A stretch of DNA of 64,000 bases from Octopus sinensis (GCF_006345805.1 NC_043006.1:101804001-101868000); one strand, 5' to 3'. Counted from the stretch's first letter, positions 11,325 to 25,143 are shown. Program-made: numbers and translations. Notes: generated from the letters alone by a model not told the origin.

Positions 11325-11586
11325 GTGGAGGCACGTGGCTTAGTGGTTAGGATGTCAGCATCATGATCGTAAGATTGTGATTTCGATTCCTGGACCAGGT
11401 GATGTGTTGTGTTCTTAAGCAAAACACTTCATTTCACGTTGCTCCAGTCCACTCAGCTGGCAAAAATGAGTAAAGCTGTGATGGAATGGCGTCCTGTCCA
11501 ACTGGGGAACACATATGCCATTGAAACCGGGAAACCGGGCCCATGAGCCTGGCTAGGCTTTAAAAGGGCACATTTATTATTATTTT
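11325..11586 (+). mobile_element. tRNA-derived SINE family C
   Basis: Head gtggaggcacgtggcttagtggttagg...ttcgattcc. TSD tatatattgtatgc at 11311-11324 and 11589-11602. Confidence 0.85.
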
Positions 11587-12129
11587 TATATATATTGTAT
11601 GCAGAATCTATGCTTGAGATATTTTGCCATTAAAGTGTTTGCTGGATGTCTTTTTTCATTTACTGCATCAAATATAAAATGTCTGCTAGGATTTAATGTT
11701 AAATATGAATAAGTTACAGAAGAATGTTGGCTCTTTGTCAGTGATATTGATCAACTCCACCAACGTCACCACCATTGCCATTGTTACCATTAGCTTCACT
11801 AATAATACTGTGCAAGGAGAATAGCAAACAGCTGGTATTACTCAATAAAAATTAATTCTAAATCATCATCATCATCAGCATTATCATTATGATGATGATA
11901 ATGATGTCTTTTAACCATGCAGGTATTTCTCTCTAATGTCTATTTCTTAGATTATTTTATCTGCAATATCTCATTTTGTCTTGTCACATTTAACTCAATA
12001 TCTTACTGCCTCGTTCAAAGGCAAATTCTAGTCAATATTTCTCTATCTGATTTACTTTCAGTTCACATCAAAGATATTGTCATTATTATTATTCTTGTTG
12101 TTGTTGCTGATGCTGCAGTTATTGTTATT

Positions 12130-12543
12130 AAGGCAATAAGTTGACAGAATTGTTAGCACATAGGACAAATGCAAAGTGCTATTTCTTTCATCATTTTGCA
12201 TTCTGAGTTCAAATTCTGCCAAAGATGACTTTGCTTTCCATCCTTTCAGGGTTGATAAAATAAATACCAGTTCAGTCTGGGGAAGCTGAGGATCAAAGTA
12301 ATTTACTTCTCCTCCCCTCAAAACTTCTAGCCTTGTGCCAAGGTTAGAAAGAATTAATATTAAGGCAGCAAGCTGAAGAGTTCATACTCTCCCAAAGCTG
12401 ATTTTGCCTTTCATCTGTTTGGGGTCCATGAAATAAGTACCAGATGAGCACATGGGTTGACGTAATTGTCCTCCCTCCCACCCTCAAAATTGCTAGCCTT
12501 GTGTCTATAGTATGAAGTACTATTATTATTATTATCATTATCA

Positions 12544-12599
<56 letters not shown>

Positions 12600-13060
12600 G
12601 GTGAGCTCGCCACATCGTTAGCATGCTGGACAAAATGGTTAGTGGCATTTCACCGTCACTTCATTCTGAGTTCAAATTCTGCTGAGGTCAACCTTGCCTT
12701 TCATCCTTTTGGGGTCAGTAAATTAAGTACCAGTTGAGAACCGGGGTTGATGTAATCAACTATCCCCCTCCCCCAAATTTCAGGCCTTGTGCCTATAGTA
12801 GAAAGGATTATTCTTATTCTGCTTTTTATTATTATTACCATTGTTATTAAGGAACATAGAGCTGGCAAGCTGGCAGAATTATTAGCGTGCTGGATGAAAT
12901 GCTTAGTGCTATTTCGCCCATTGCTGTGTTCTGAGTTCAAATTCTGCCTTACACCCTTTCAGGGTCAATAAAATAAGTACCATTTGAACACTGGGGTCAA
13001 TGTAATCGACTCATCCCCTTCCCCAAAATTGCTGCCCTTGTGGCAAAATTTGAAACCATT
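12130..13060 (+). mobile_element. Tandem cluster of four family-G SINEs separated by (ATT)n or short spacers
   Basis: gcctttcatcc...aagtaccag...ccttgtg recurs in copies starting near 12130, 12375, 12598 and 12858. Confidence 0.85.
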
Positions 13061-13187
13061 ATTAAAGAACATATATTATTCTCATATATTACAAGGCTAC
13101 ACTGTATCAATTACCCTATCTCCCTTAAAATTCAAATTATTCTAAAGTATGTTTTTGCTTAGTTTAACATGGAAATTCTTATGGTAT

Positions 13188-13569
13188 ACTCTTTTACTTG
13201 TTTCAGTCATTTGACTGCAGCCATGCTGGAGCACCGCCTTTAGTCGAGCAAATCGACCCCGGTACTTATTCTTTGTAAGCCCAATACTTATTCTATCGGT
13301 CTCTTTTGCCGAACCGCTAAGTGACGGGGATGTAAACACCAGCATCGGTTGTCAAGCAATGCTAGGGGGACAAACACACACACACAAACACACACCTACA
13401 TATATAGGACAGGCTTCTTTCAGTTTCTGTCTACCAAATCCACTCACAAGGCATTGGTCGGCCCGGGGCTATAGCAGAAAACACTTGCCCAAGATGCCAC
13501 GCAGTGGGACTGAACCCGGAACCATGTGGTTGGTTAGCAAGCTACTTACCATACAGCCACTCCTGCGCC
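13188..13569 (-). mobile_element. Family-A SINE, full length
   Basis: Reverse complement of the 22511-22916 copy. Confidence 0.92.
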
Positions 13570-14194
13570 TATATTTATATTGTATGAAATTTATTGTACT
13601 TATTGTATTTAATTGATAATTATCAGTTTGATCCTGCACAATCCAGATATTGCAGTAGGAGAAAGCCAAGCAATCAATGGGAAATAGTACACCAATGCTA
13701 TGAGTGTAAGTGTGTGTGAGCATGTTTGCATGTATGTGTTTGCACATATATATGTATGTATTTACATACAGACACACACACACACATATACTGTAAGCCA
13801 GGGAAGATCGCAGTATCTCTGACCCATTACTGTGCCACCAAGATTGGTGGGAAATAGGAAGATATTGTCAAACTAGAGGCCCAGCCCAAAAACTTGCTAC
13901 AGGGTGGGCAGCACCTAATGTGCCAGGTGATAGTGTTGATAAAGAGTGACAGATTCAGTATATCACCTTAGTAGGCCTTGGTATGATTTGAACTTTGAAC
14001 ACAAAGAACCACAACAGATGCCACATGGCATCCAGTTTAGCATTCTTACAGTTCCACCACTTCACCACCCTGGATTTGTAGATTTTTCTTTTTTGTTTCT
14101 TTATCAACTCCCTGGTGGGATTTGAACTCAGGTTGTGAGGAATTCTGGCTAATTTGCTTGATGTGGACATGTACAGAATTTGCCATATATATGA

Positions 14195-14420
14195 GTCATC
14201 ATTTTCATCATTGTTTAATGTCCATTTGCCATGCTCGCATGGATTGGATGGTTTGACAGGAACTGGCAAGTCAAAAGACTGTACCAAGTTCTACTCTCTG
14301 TTTGGCATGGTTTCTAAGGTTGGATGTCCTTCCTAATGCCAACCACTTTACACAGTATACTGAGTGCTTATATATGACACCAGTAGCAGTGAGGTCACCA
14401 AGTAACTTGCAGGACAAGAC
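14195..14420 (-). mobile_element. Retroposon family E (older)
   Basis: tttaatgtccatttgccatgc...ggatgtccttcctaatgccaaccac. Confidence 0.7.
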
Positions 14421-14799
14421 ATTTTAACTGGTGGGAGTAGTATTGAGGGACAGAAAAGGTGTCTTGCATTAGAAGAGAACCATGGCTACCTCAAGAGAAG
14501 AGAGAAAGAGAGAGAGAGTGAAGAAGATGAAGAAGAAGAAGAAACAGATAATCATTTCTTGCACTTTTTTTTTTTGCACAGATCACCACTTGAGTCATTA
14601 TCATCATCATCATCATCATCATCATCAACCTTCCATGCTAGCATGGGTGGGACCAATCAGCCAAACTTGTTGCATATATTTGTAGTTCTTGATGTCTACC
14701 CACCATCAGAGTCAAATACTTGTTCTTATCCCTTCTTGTTTTTATTTCTGTTTAGTATTGTTTGTTATATTATCTAAAATCAATCTAGAGTTTATATAT

Positions 14800-15137
14800 C
14801 TTGGACAAATGTTTTTTACTGTAACCCCAGGATAACCAGAGCCTTGTGTGTGAATGAAGCAGATAAAGCCTATAGTGTGTGTGTGTGTGTATGCATGTAT
14901 GTTTCTGTTTCTTTCTCTTTATATCACCAGATAGTTGTGAATGAGTGTCACTATCATAGGAAACGGTCCCTTCTTTCCAGTTGTCTGTGAAAACATATCT
15001 GGCCATGGGCAAAATATTGCTTTGCTTCAAAACAAGTAACAGTTGGAAAAAGAAGAGCAGCTGCCCATAGAAAAGTGTGCTTCGATGAATTCTGTCTGAC
15101 ACTTGCAGGCCGGAAACAGGAAAGTTGGAACAATGAT
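14800..15137 (+). mobile_element. Degenerate family-F SINE
   Basis: gccttgtgtgtg, (TG)n, then gatagttgtgaatgagtgtca...ctggccatggg shared with 60300-60570. Confidence 0.6.
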
Positions 15138-15143
15138 TGTATA

Positions 15144-15201
<58 letters not shown>

Positions 15202-15271
15202 AGACCGCTGCAAGCAATGTGTTATCAAAATGGAAAGCTATAAATGTCACTATTTGACTTGTATAGCTTTC

Positions 15272-15590
15272 CATGTGGTTTAGTGGTTAGGGTATTTGGT
15301 TCATGATCATAAGGTTGTGAGTTCAATTCCTTGTGATGTGTTGTGTCCTTGAGCAAGACACTTTATTTCACGTTCCTCCAGTCCACTCAGCCGGCAAAAA
15401 TGAGTAGTATTTGTATTTCAAAGGGCCAGCCTTGTCACTCTCTGTGTCACACTGAATCTCCCTGAGAACTACATTAAGGGTAGACATGTCTGTGGAGTGC
15501 TCAGCCACTTGCACATTAATTTCATGAGCAGGCTGTTCCGCTGATTGGATCAACTGGAATCTTTATCATTGTAACCAACAGAGTGCCATT
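15272..15590 (+). mobile_element. SINE family D (C-type head and centre plus B-type 3' domain)
   Basis: ttgagcaagacactttatttcacg...ccagtccactcagc as in C, then tgtatttcaaagggccagccttgtcac... as in B. Confidence 0.85.
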
Positions 15591-15611
15591 ATTTATTTAT
15601 ATATATATATT

Positions 15612-15645
<34 letters not shown>

Positions 15646-15699
15646 TAAATAATGGCACTCTGTTGGTTACAATGATAAAGATTCCAGTTGATCCAATCA
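15542..15699. repeat. Perfect local inverted duplication around (TA)n
   Basis: tgattggatcaactggaatctttatcattgtaaccaacagagtgccattatttattta and its exact reverse complement. Confidence 0.95.
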
Positions 15700-17376
15700 C
15701 ACACACACACACTCACACACAGACACATATATGAAATGTTTAGAAATTTCTATTTCTACACACTTCATTGTGAATTGAATCAACTCTCAATAGATTTTGG
15801 AAAGTGATGCTGTTTACTATAAATTTGATATTGGTTTTTATTAAAGATAAAGTAAACTAGGATTTATGATTGTTGCATATATATATATGTTTCTATATGT
15901 GTATGAAAATCTACTGATATTTAATAAAGACTGTTATAGAACTGGAAACCTAAAGCAAAGGCTAAAATGTGAAATCATGCAACTGTTTTAAATATTCTTG
16001 GTCAGCAGTCTATTTTTAGGAAATAACTCACTGCTAGATAGATTGTTTTGTCAGTCCTTAAATACAATTTTGACTTGTACAGCTATCCTAATGCTTTTTT
16101 GAATGGAGTGTGGGTAGTGTAAGGTCATATGATGAGACATTGGTTGTGGTAGTGTTGGGGTGAGTAACTGTGGGAATGGAATTATTTTAACATAATAGTC
16201 AGGACTGGAATAAATATTATATAACCTCCGTACCACCATCACAACTTGGATTGTATTTAATATTGATTATCTGCCATCTTTCTGGCTGCTGTCATATCAC
16301 AATACGTCGTAACTTTCTGATATTCCGACAATAAATGACTACTTAGCAGACGAATGCTGTATAAATCTATGCAATATAATTGGTTACAGTCTTGCTAAAA
16401 GAAAAACACATAAGGGAAAATAAATTCTCTCTCTATCGACCCTTCCCTGTCTCCTCCCCTCATCTCACCATGTCTTATACTCTATTTCTCTCACACCCCG
16501 CTCTATTTATCCCATTCCTTTTCTCACCTCAAAACTTCACCCTTTCTCACCAAACCTTACTTCTGTCTTCAAAGCTCACAATCATTTTCACTGTAGACTT
16601 CACTTTTGTTCTCATTCAAGATTTCACTCACTTTATTTCTTCAAACACTTTTTCTTTGGACACCCTACCTACCCCACCCTCATTCTTTCTTAGACTTTTG
16701 AAACTCTCTTTGATTTTTTTTTTTTTTCTGTCTCTTCTCTCTTTCACTGCCAGTTTTTCTCTATTCCATTCCATTCTGTTCATGTTTTAGGAAAATTAAT
16801 CTTGATATCATAAACCATCAAACCAATTTGCAGTTAATTCTCATATCCACTCCTGTCCTTACCTACTCTGTTCTTGCTAAGCATGAAGCCCAAATTTGTT
16901 TTGCTATTGTGTCTAGTGCTCTGAGAGCAAAATAGCAGTTATAAGATACAAACTTGTAGTTCCGAACTGGAGAAGCCGACACATAATGACTAGTTGTCAT
17001 TCTTCTTTAACATTATGTTGCTTTTCTCTCACTGTTTCTATTCTCTCACTCTTCCTCTCATATATTTTTTTAACTGGTTTTCATCATTGAACTGTAACCA
17101 TGCTAGGGTTCTACCTTTGAGGTCTTCTAACCAAACCTGTCAACACCACTTGGGTGTGGCACTTATTCTATTGATTTCTAAATATCAAATGGTTAAGTTA
17201 CTCTTATAGCTAAGTAAAGCATCTCAGTATGCTGCTTAACCAGTACACACACACACACACATGCACACACACCAAATTCCAAAATCTTCTCCCTCCCAAA
17301 TTCTACTCATGTGGCTTACCCAAAGTGTGATCTGTGAGATCTAATGGAGAATTACATGCTTGATCACACATGTCTT

Positions 17377-17442
<66 letters not shown>

Positions 17443-17502
17443 TCTCCCTCCCTCTCTCCTTCCCTCTCTCTCTCTCAATAATTCACTTATGGAATGTTTC
17501 AG

Positions 17503-17730
17503 CTCTTTATTATTCAGATTAATCTATCAAATGTCATGCTTGTTTAGCTACATTGTTTTGGATTAATCATAAATCATCTGGTAGCTTCAAGACTTTGATG
17601 TGATTGTTTAGTTTTAGAATGGCTTTGTAGGGCAAGTGTGAGAGACCAGATCTGGCCAGTTAGAACATAAAGCTGGTACTAGTAAACTATTTTGGTTGGA
17701 CATTGCAGGTTTAAATATTGAAGGATTTAA
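17503..17730. mobile_element. Degenerate MITE P1
   Basis: Body matches 4241-4457 (ccagatctggccagtt), and the TIRs are decayed. Confidence 0.65.
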
Positions 17731-18179
17731 TATTCTAAACTCTGGAACTCTTGAGAATACTAAGGCAGTGAGGTAGAGGTGATGAAGTATCAAATATGGT
17801 ATGATTTAAAATGGATAAATCTCCTTTATATATTTACTACAAAATCCAGTGAGAGAATTATTTATTTTAATAATGATATTAAAATTATTCTTTTTTAGAC
17901 AGAATCACTAATTTTTCATAAAATTTTTTTTTCCACAAAATTTATAACATTGTTATTCAAATTCTTCTATATCCAAGATATCCATTAATGGGTGAATGCA
18001 CCTATAGAAAACTTGAAGAAAATGGATCCATCTTCTAGGAAGAATATATCCTAATGACTTCATTGCTGTCAATAGCTAAGAAAATCCATATCACTTTAAG
18101 TGCTACTGCTAGTAAACTGTATTTATGTTCCTCATATACTGGTTAATCAAAACTGCCTTATTAACAATGATAGTAATCC

Positions 18180-18385
18180 TTTCTACTATTGACACAAAGC
18201 TTGAGATTCAGGGAAAGGGGACAGTCGATTACATCAACTGTTTCACTGGTACTTAATTTATCAACTCCAAAAGGATGAAAGACAAAGTCAACCTCAGTGG
18301 AATTTGAACTCAGAATGAAAAGATAGATAAAATACTGTGAAGCACTTTGCCCAACGTGCTAAAGATTCTGCCAGCTCACTGCCTT
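18180..18385 (-). mobile_element. Family-G SINE
   Basis: ctggtacttaatttatc...aaagtcaacctcagtggaatttgaactcagaa...ttctgccagctcactgcc. Confidence 0.8.
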
Positions 18386-19527
18386 AATAATAATGATAAT
18401 AATAGTAATATCTTTTATGACATAGACATAAGTTAGTATCTTATAGGAAAATTAAGCTCTGACTTTATTAGAGAGAGAGCTTACAAAGTTGTGGAACTCA
18501 TATCCTTCTACAAAGATATTAATTAGTAAATGAAATTATTGAGATAAGAATTCTCAATTATTTTGCAAAATTATTTAATAAAAATTTAAAGTTATGATAA
18601 TAAGAATATGCAAGAAAATATTAAAGGCACCAAAGTAATTTTAAGAGCCTGTTAATGGTCCCTACCAAGAAGATGAGTTTAGTAAAAGTCATGGAATGAA
18701 TGACTGTGTTTAGAGAAGAAAATGTAATTCTGATATTTCAAGGATTTTTTGTATGTTTGTTCAACATCCGTCTATTTCATGTCAGCATGGGTTGGATGGA
18801 GACTTACTTGAAGCAAGTAAGCTCCAACTGTCTTCAGCCCTTACCAGTTTTTCAAGTAAGGGATTTCGTTTTTATTCAACTGGTCTTCAAAAGCACAGAG
18901 TGACCAGCCACAATTTTGACGAGGAATATAAGCATAATATTGCTGTTTCACTCATGTGATGCTGTCATATGTCAATATGTGCACATGTTTGAACACGTGT
19001 ACATGTATGCACATGTACACTCGTGCACACATGCACACAAACACGCACACAGACACACACACACACACAACAAACAGCAATAACACGATATACCTTTTCG
19101 ATGCTGGATCAACGATGGGAAGATAATTTTTCATCAAAATATTCTCATCATTTATTCTATGTTAGATCTTTTCATGTGATAGGATTGCATAACATCATAG
19201 CGACTTCAATGCCAACAGATTACGCCCTACGTGATAACATAGCTATTGTTTACTGAATGCAAACAACTGCTGTTGGGCATGGATTTCCATCCCCACCACC
19301 CACTACCACCACCACCACTACTTTTGTGACTGGAAAATCAGCAATTCTAGTTGGAAAAACAAAGTATCTAATAATGCCTGCTTTTCAGATTCAGCATGGA
19401 AAATCAGATGTAAAATGATGAGGCTAAATGATGAAGCTATTGAGATTCAAAACGGTAAAATAATCCACTTCCACAAAGACTTCCATCAGTATTATTATTA
19501 CTGCTATAATAAGTAGTAGTAGTAGTT

Positions 19528-19561
<34 letters not shown>

Positions 19562-20029
19562 GGGTGGGGCAGCAGTAAAAGTAATGAATTAGCAATATTG
19601 TTAGGACAGCATTTCTTGCATATCTTTACATTCTGAGTTCAAATCCTGCTGAGGTCTACTTGACCTTTCATCCTTCTGTTGTTGACAAAATGAAGCACCG
19701 TGCTATGGTAGGAAGATTTATTTTATTGACTCTAAAAGAACAAATGGCAAGGTTGACCTTGGCTGAATCTGAGCTCAGAGCTAGAAATGCAATTGTCAAG
19801 TAGGTAAGAGGTTTTAAACAGGAGCAATATATTCAAAATTGGCAAAACTAGAAATTGTCGAGGATAAATAAAATTTATTATTGTTACTGAATATGTTAGT
19901 GTTATTTAATTTCTGAAAGGTTTTGCTGCCATTCGTTTATGTAGTTTGATTTCTTTATCCATCAGTTTCTACTAAGATAGAGACACGAGTAAAATTAATA
20001 ATAGAGAAATGAAAATTAAACTTTGGAAA

Positions 20030-20334
20030 CACCAATGCCGCCATAAATTACATGGAAATCATAGGTGTGTTTTCAAGGGAGATAATCAAAGAAAGACTTG
20101 AAAGTCAATGTAAAATCGTAATACTTCATATAAAGTAACTATAACAAATAATCCAGAATCCTTCTCTGGTACCGGATCGATCCCAAAATCTAATCAGTTC
20201 ATGCCAGTCATGAGGCCAAACATCCCTAAAAGTTTCATCCAAATCCATCCAGTGGTTCTTGAGATAACTTGTCCATGGATAAACAAACAAACATAACTGA
20301 AGACAATACCCCTGCCTTTGCTAAGGTGGTGGTA
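20030..20334 (+). mobile_element. Putative Helentron/DINE-like non-autonomous element 3' end
   Basis: aagtttcatccaaatccatccagtggttcttgagata, (AAAC)n, and terminal imperfect hairpin 20307-20334. Left boundary unknown. Confidence 0.45.
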
Positions 20335-20354
20335 ATAATAATAATAATAACAAC

Positions 20355-20387
<33 letters not shown>

Positions 20388-20709
20388 TTGTCATTTTTGT
20401 ACAAATCCCATAAGATTAGAGCTATAGTTAATTGAACCATCTTTAGTGCATGTCAAACATGACATCTTAGATTTGTAAGGGAGAGAAAATGAGGAGTATT
20501 CACACTCATGGATTTTTAGCACAAGCAAAAAGCTGACCAGGTAGAAAATTAAAACTGAGTCACCGACCTGAAAACTGATTTGTCAAGAAAACGTTATACT
20601 GCGGTAATGATATTCACAATATTCTTGTAAACGTTGAAAGCACTTTCCAGAACATAATGAAGGCCAGTCAGAACTAACTTAAAATGCAAGTATACAGCAA
20701 GCAACAAAT

Positions 20710-20975
20710 ATATAAATATATATAAACACACACACACACACACATATATAATCACATGTACACACACATATATACATACACACACACATATATATACATA
20801 CACATACATATATATATACACACACACATATACAAACATCATTATCATCATTATCATATACACATACATACATATATAAATATATACACACATACACGTA
20901 CATATGTTTATATATACACACACACACACACATATATATATACACACACACATATATGTATATATACACATACAC

Positions 20976-21018
<43 letters not shown>

Positions 21019-21105
21019 TACATGTATACATACTTATACATACGTATACATGCATATATATACATACATATACTGTGTATATATACGAATGTGTGTGTGT
21101 GTGTG
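20710..21105. repeat. Compound (CA)/(TA) microsatellite
   Basis: Directly visible. Confidence 0.95.
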
Positions 21106-21524
21106 TTGCAGTGAATACCCATGCTGGCTGTTGGGCATCCAAGTATGTACGAAGTGATGGTGGATGGAACTGACATGTAGCCAGAGTAGGGCAGGGTAAG
21201 GTAGGAGAGAGAGAGAGGGGTGTGCAGAAACAGGATTATTTGCACAATGTTCATTTATATGACATTGCATGTGTACATGCTTCAGCTTGCATGTGCATGC
21301 TTTTATGAATTTCTGATGTAAACCAGTTTCCAAAGCCACTTCAAACTGCTTCATGTATGCTGTTAATGATTTCAATTGCAAATGGTTGGTCGTCGTACTT
21401 TTGTATCGCTTTGCTTTCAGAATTCTGTATTTCAGTTTTTTTTTTCTTCTTTCAGGTCAATATATTCTTTAGTGTGGTTTTTGTAATAATGGCTAAGGCA
21501 TGCTACAGTATTGCCTTCATACAT

Positions 21525-21527
21525 ATG

Positions 21528-21571
<44 letters not shown>

Positions 21572-21634
21572 TATATATATAATATATATATATGTGTGTG
21601 TGTGTGTGTCTGTGTGTATGCATGTAATGTGTAT

Positions 21635-21701
<67 letters not shown>

Positions 21702-22059
21702 TATAATATATATATATGTATATATATCTATATATATATATGTATATCTATCTATTATGTATATCTATCTATGTATGTATATCTATCTATATATATGTAT
21801 ATCTATCTATATATATGTATATCTATCTATATATATATATGTATATCTATCTATGTATGTATATCTATCTATATATATATATGTATATCTATCTATGTAT
21901 GTATATCTATCTATATATATGTATATCTATCTATCTATATATATGTATATCTATCTATATATATATATGTATATCTATCTATATATATATATGTATATAT
22001 ATCTATATATATATATATATGTATATCTATCTATCTATATATATATATATATATATCTA

Positions 22060-22121
<62 letters not shown>

Positions 22122-22235
22122 GTATATATCTATCTATATATATATATCTTATATGCATGCGTGTGTATGTATTATATATATATGCACACGTGTGTGTATT
22201 ATATGTATATATGTGTGTGTGTGTGTGTGTGTGTA
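21525..22235. repeat. Compound microsatellite of about 700 bp with a higher-order unit
   Basis: Recurrent atgtatatctatct(at)n units at 21715-22140. Confidence 0.95.
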
Positions 22236-22475
22236 CAGTAATCCCTCGACTATTGCGGATGTTACATTCCAAATGCTCCCACGAAAGGTGAAAATTTGCA
22301 AGGTAGAAACAGTACTGTGCTGTAAATTCTTTTTTATCATTTCTCTAATTTGTGTATATTTATTTTATTATATATGTAAAATAACTCCACAGAGGAATCA
22401 ATGTAAGCTTAAATAATACACCACGATAGGTAAACAAAAGTAGGTGAACCGTGACAGGTGAACTTGGGATTACTG
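22236..22475. mobile_element. Tc1/pogo-type MITE
   Basis: TIRs cagtaatccc / gggattactg with TA on both sides. Confidence 0.8.
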
Positions 22476-22510
22476 TATATATTATATATGTATATATATA
22501 TATTATACAT

Positions 22511-22916
22511 AGGCGCAGGAGTGGCTGTATGGTAAGTAGCTTGCTAAACAACCACATGGTTCCGGGTTCAGTCCCACTGTGTCACATCTTGGGCAAGTGT
22601 CTTCTGCTATAGCCTCGGGCCGACCAAAGCCTTGTGAGTGGATTTGGTAGACGGAAAATGAAAGAAACCTGTCGTATATATCTATATATATATATATGTA
22701 TGTGCGTGTGTGTTTGTGTGTCTGTGTTTGTCCCCCTAGCATTGCTTGACAACCGATGCTGGTGTGTTTACGTCCCTGTCACTTAGCGGTTCGGCAAAAA
22801 GAGACTGATAGAATAAGTACTGGGCTTACAAAGAATAAGTCCCAGGGTCGATTTGCTCGACTAAAGGCGGTGCTCCAGCATGGCCACAGTCAAATGACTG
22901 AAACAAGTAAAAGAGT
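22511..22916 (+). mobile_element. Family-A SINE, full length
   Basis: aggcgcaggagtggctg...gactgaaacaagtaaaagagt. Confidence 0.92.
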
Positions 22917-23467
22917 ATATATATATGTGTTAGTGTGTGTGTGTATTATGTTATGTTGATTATGGGCATAAGCATAGCTGTGTGATAAAAAAAAAATTCA
23001 CTCTGGTACTATGTGATTTCAAGTTCAGTTTTCTCTGCCTGATTGAATTTGGTAGGCAGAAAGTAGATCCCATCTTGCGTATGTGTGTGTATAAGAATGC
23101 AACATGCCACTTATATATATATGTGTGTGTGTTAGTTTAATGATCCCTTGCAGTTAGGCATCCAAAATGCTCCTGGGACATCCAATGTTGAGTTAGGGTT
23201 CAATAACTGCATTGGTGAAATATATGTAGGAATTAAATATTCATATTGGTGTTTATCTTAATTTTCCACTACGTATGCTTTGTATATCATAACTGGTGGT
23301 TCTGCTAAGTATAGTCGTTTACTAACCACTATACTTGAAGCTGACTGATTAATGATAATCTACATGGACCTCTAACTCATACTGTAGTAGTAATACATCT
23401 AAATGTGCACATGCTCGCACACACACACACACACATACTCACACACACACTCCCTTGCTTTATATAT

Positions 23468-23516
<49 letters not shown>

Positions 23517-23909
23517 GCAAGGGATCTCTTTATTCCACAGGCATCTATACACAGACACACACACACACATGACCAGCAGGTTTTGTACAATTTTTGCCTG
23601 TCAGGTTTCATGTATGTCTCTTTGTGTTTGTACATGAATGTTGATATCCCTTGGTTTCCCTGGTTAAAAACAGTGATAAATTTGCATTTCATGTCAACAT
23701 TATGACCAGTTGCTCTGAGCTTTCAGATGCTTGTGGAATAAATAAATCCTTTGCTTGAAAAGCAAGCTAGAGTTAACAACAAGAAGAGCATCTGATTTTA
23801 AAGTCCTGCCTCAGATACAACCTTTACAGCCCTATCCAACCCAATGCAGGCGTTGAAAAATGGATATTGAATGAACAAAAATATATGTGTTCGTGTGTGT
23901 ATGTATATA

Positions 23910-23945
<36 letters not shown>

Positions 23946-23949
23946 ATAA

Positions 23950-23983
<34 letters not shown>

Positions 23984-24595
23984 GTGTGGGTGTGTGCGTG
24001 TACATACACACACAGAGTATATTTGTTGTATAATCTTTGAAATCATACACTTTGTCATTTACATCCACACTGGCATGCAGACATACATACACACTCTCTC
24101 TCTCTCTTTCTCTCCTTTTTCTTTGTTATTGTGCAGATATTTTTTCCCAGAAATTTAATACCTTAGACACTTAACACAGAATAGTAAGTTCAATGTAACT
24201 CCTACTGGCAAAGTATATAGTATTGATCTTTTTTTGGAGCTTCAATCAAGCCATTGTGTCTTACAATCACTTACTGATGAAAAGATAAGCTGGATGACAA
24301 AAAAAATATAATAAAAAGTTATCATACTCTGACAATATCAAAATATAATAATGGTAATGATAATAACAACAACAACCATAATAATGATATATTTTTATTA
24401 ATAATACCTTTGAATTTCGGCACTAGGCCACCAATTTTGATTCGGTAGAGGTGTGGTAAGGATGTGTTTGATTTCTTTGACTTCGGTACTTGATTTATTT
24501 ATATTATTTCATCCCCCATCGAGGGATGAAAATCGAGGTTGAACTAAGTGGGATTGGAAATCACAATGTAGAATCAGAAGAAATACTGACTCATT

Positions 24596-25010
24596 CATCA
24601 TCATCATCATCACCACCATTTAGTGTCCTTCTTCCATGGGTTGGCTAGTTGGCTAGGAGATGGCAAGCCAGAGAGCTACACCAGGCTCCAATTGCCTGTT
24701 TTGACATGGTGCCTATGACTTCATGTCGTTCCTAACACCAATCACTTTCCAAAGTGTACTGGGTGCATTTTATATGGCACCAGCATGGGTGCTTATTATA
24801 TGGCACTAGCTACACCGCTAAGTCTTATATTTGTGTATATATATATCAGCATCATCGTCATTTCATGACCATTATCCATACTGACATAAGTTGAAATGTC
24901 TGACTAGTGCTTACAAGCTGAGGCTGCGTCAGACTCCAGTCTGATTTGGTATGGTTTCTATGGCTGAATGCCCTTCCGAACACCAACCACTCCAATAGTG
25001 TAATTGGTGC
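24596..25010 (-). mobile_element. Two adjacent degenerate family-E copies
   Basis: Copies at 24596-24812 and 24848-25010, each with a (CAT)n end and a ttcc(t/g)aacacca motif. Confidence 0.65.
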
Positions 25011-25104
25011 ATATATATATTAGCTACTCACAAAACAAAATGCCAGAAAGACAGGTCAGTTATTCCTCTACAATTTTTTGTAAATTCTTAAATATATCTC
25101 CTTC

Positions 25105-25143
<39 letters not shown>

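Noticed and set aside
12130-13060. CRISPR-like repeat array
   Set aside because: These are long, diverged SINE copies in eukaryotic DNA with no repeat-spacer periodicity.
20594-22416. Long ORFs (up to 294 aa) rich in YI/CV/HT
   Set aside because: They are translations of (TA)n/(TG)n microsatellites. The same applies at 23.4-26.7 kb and 49 kb.
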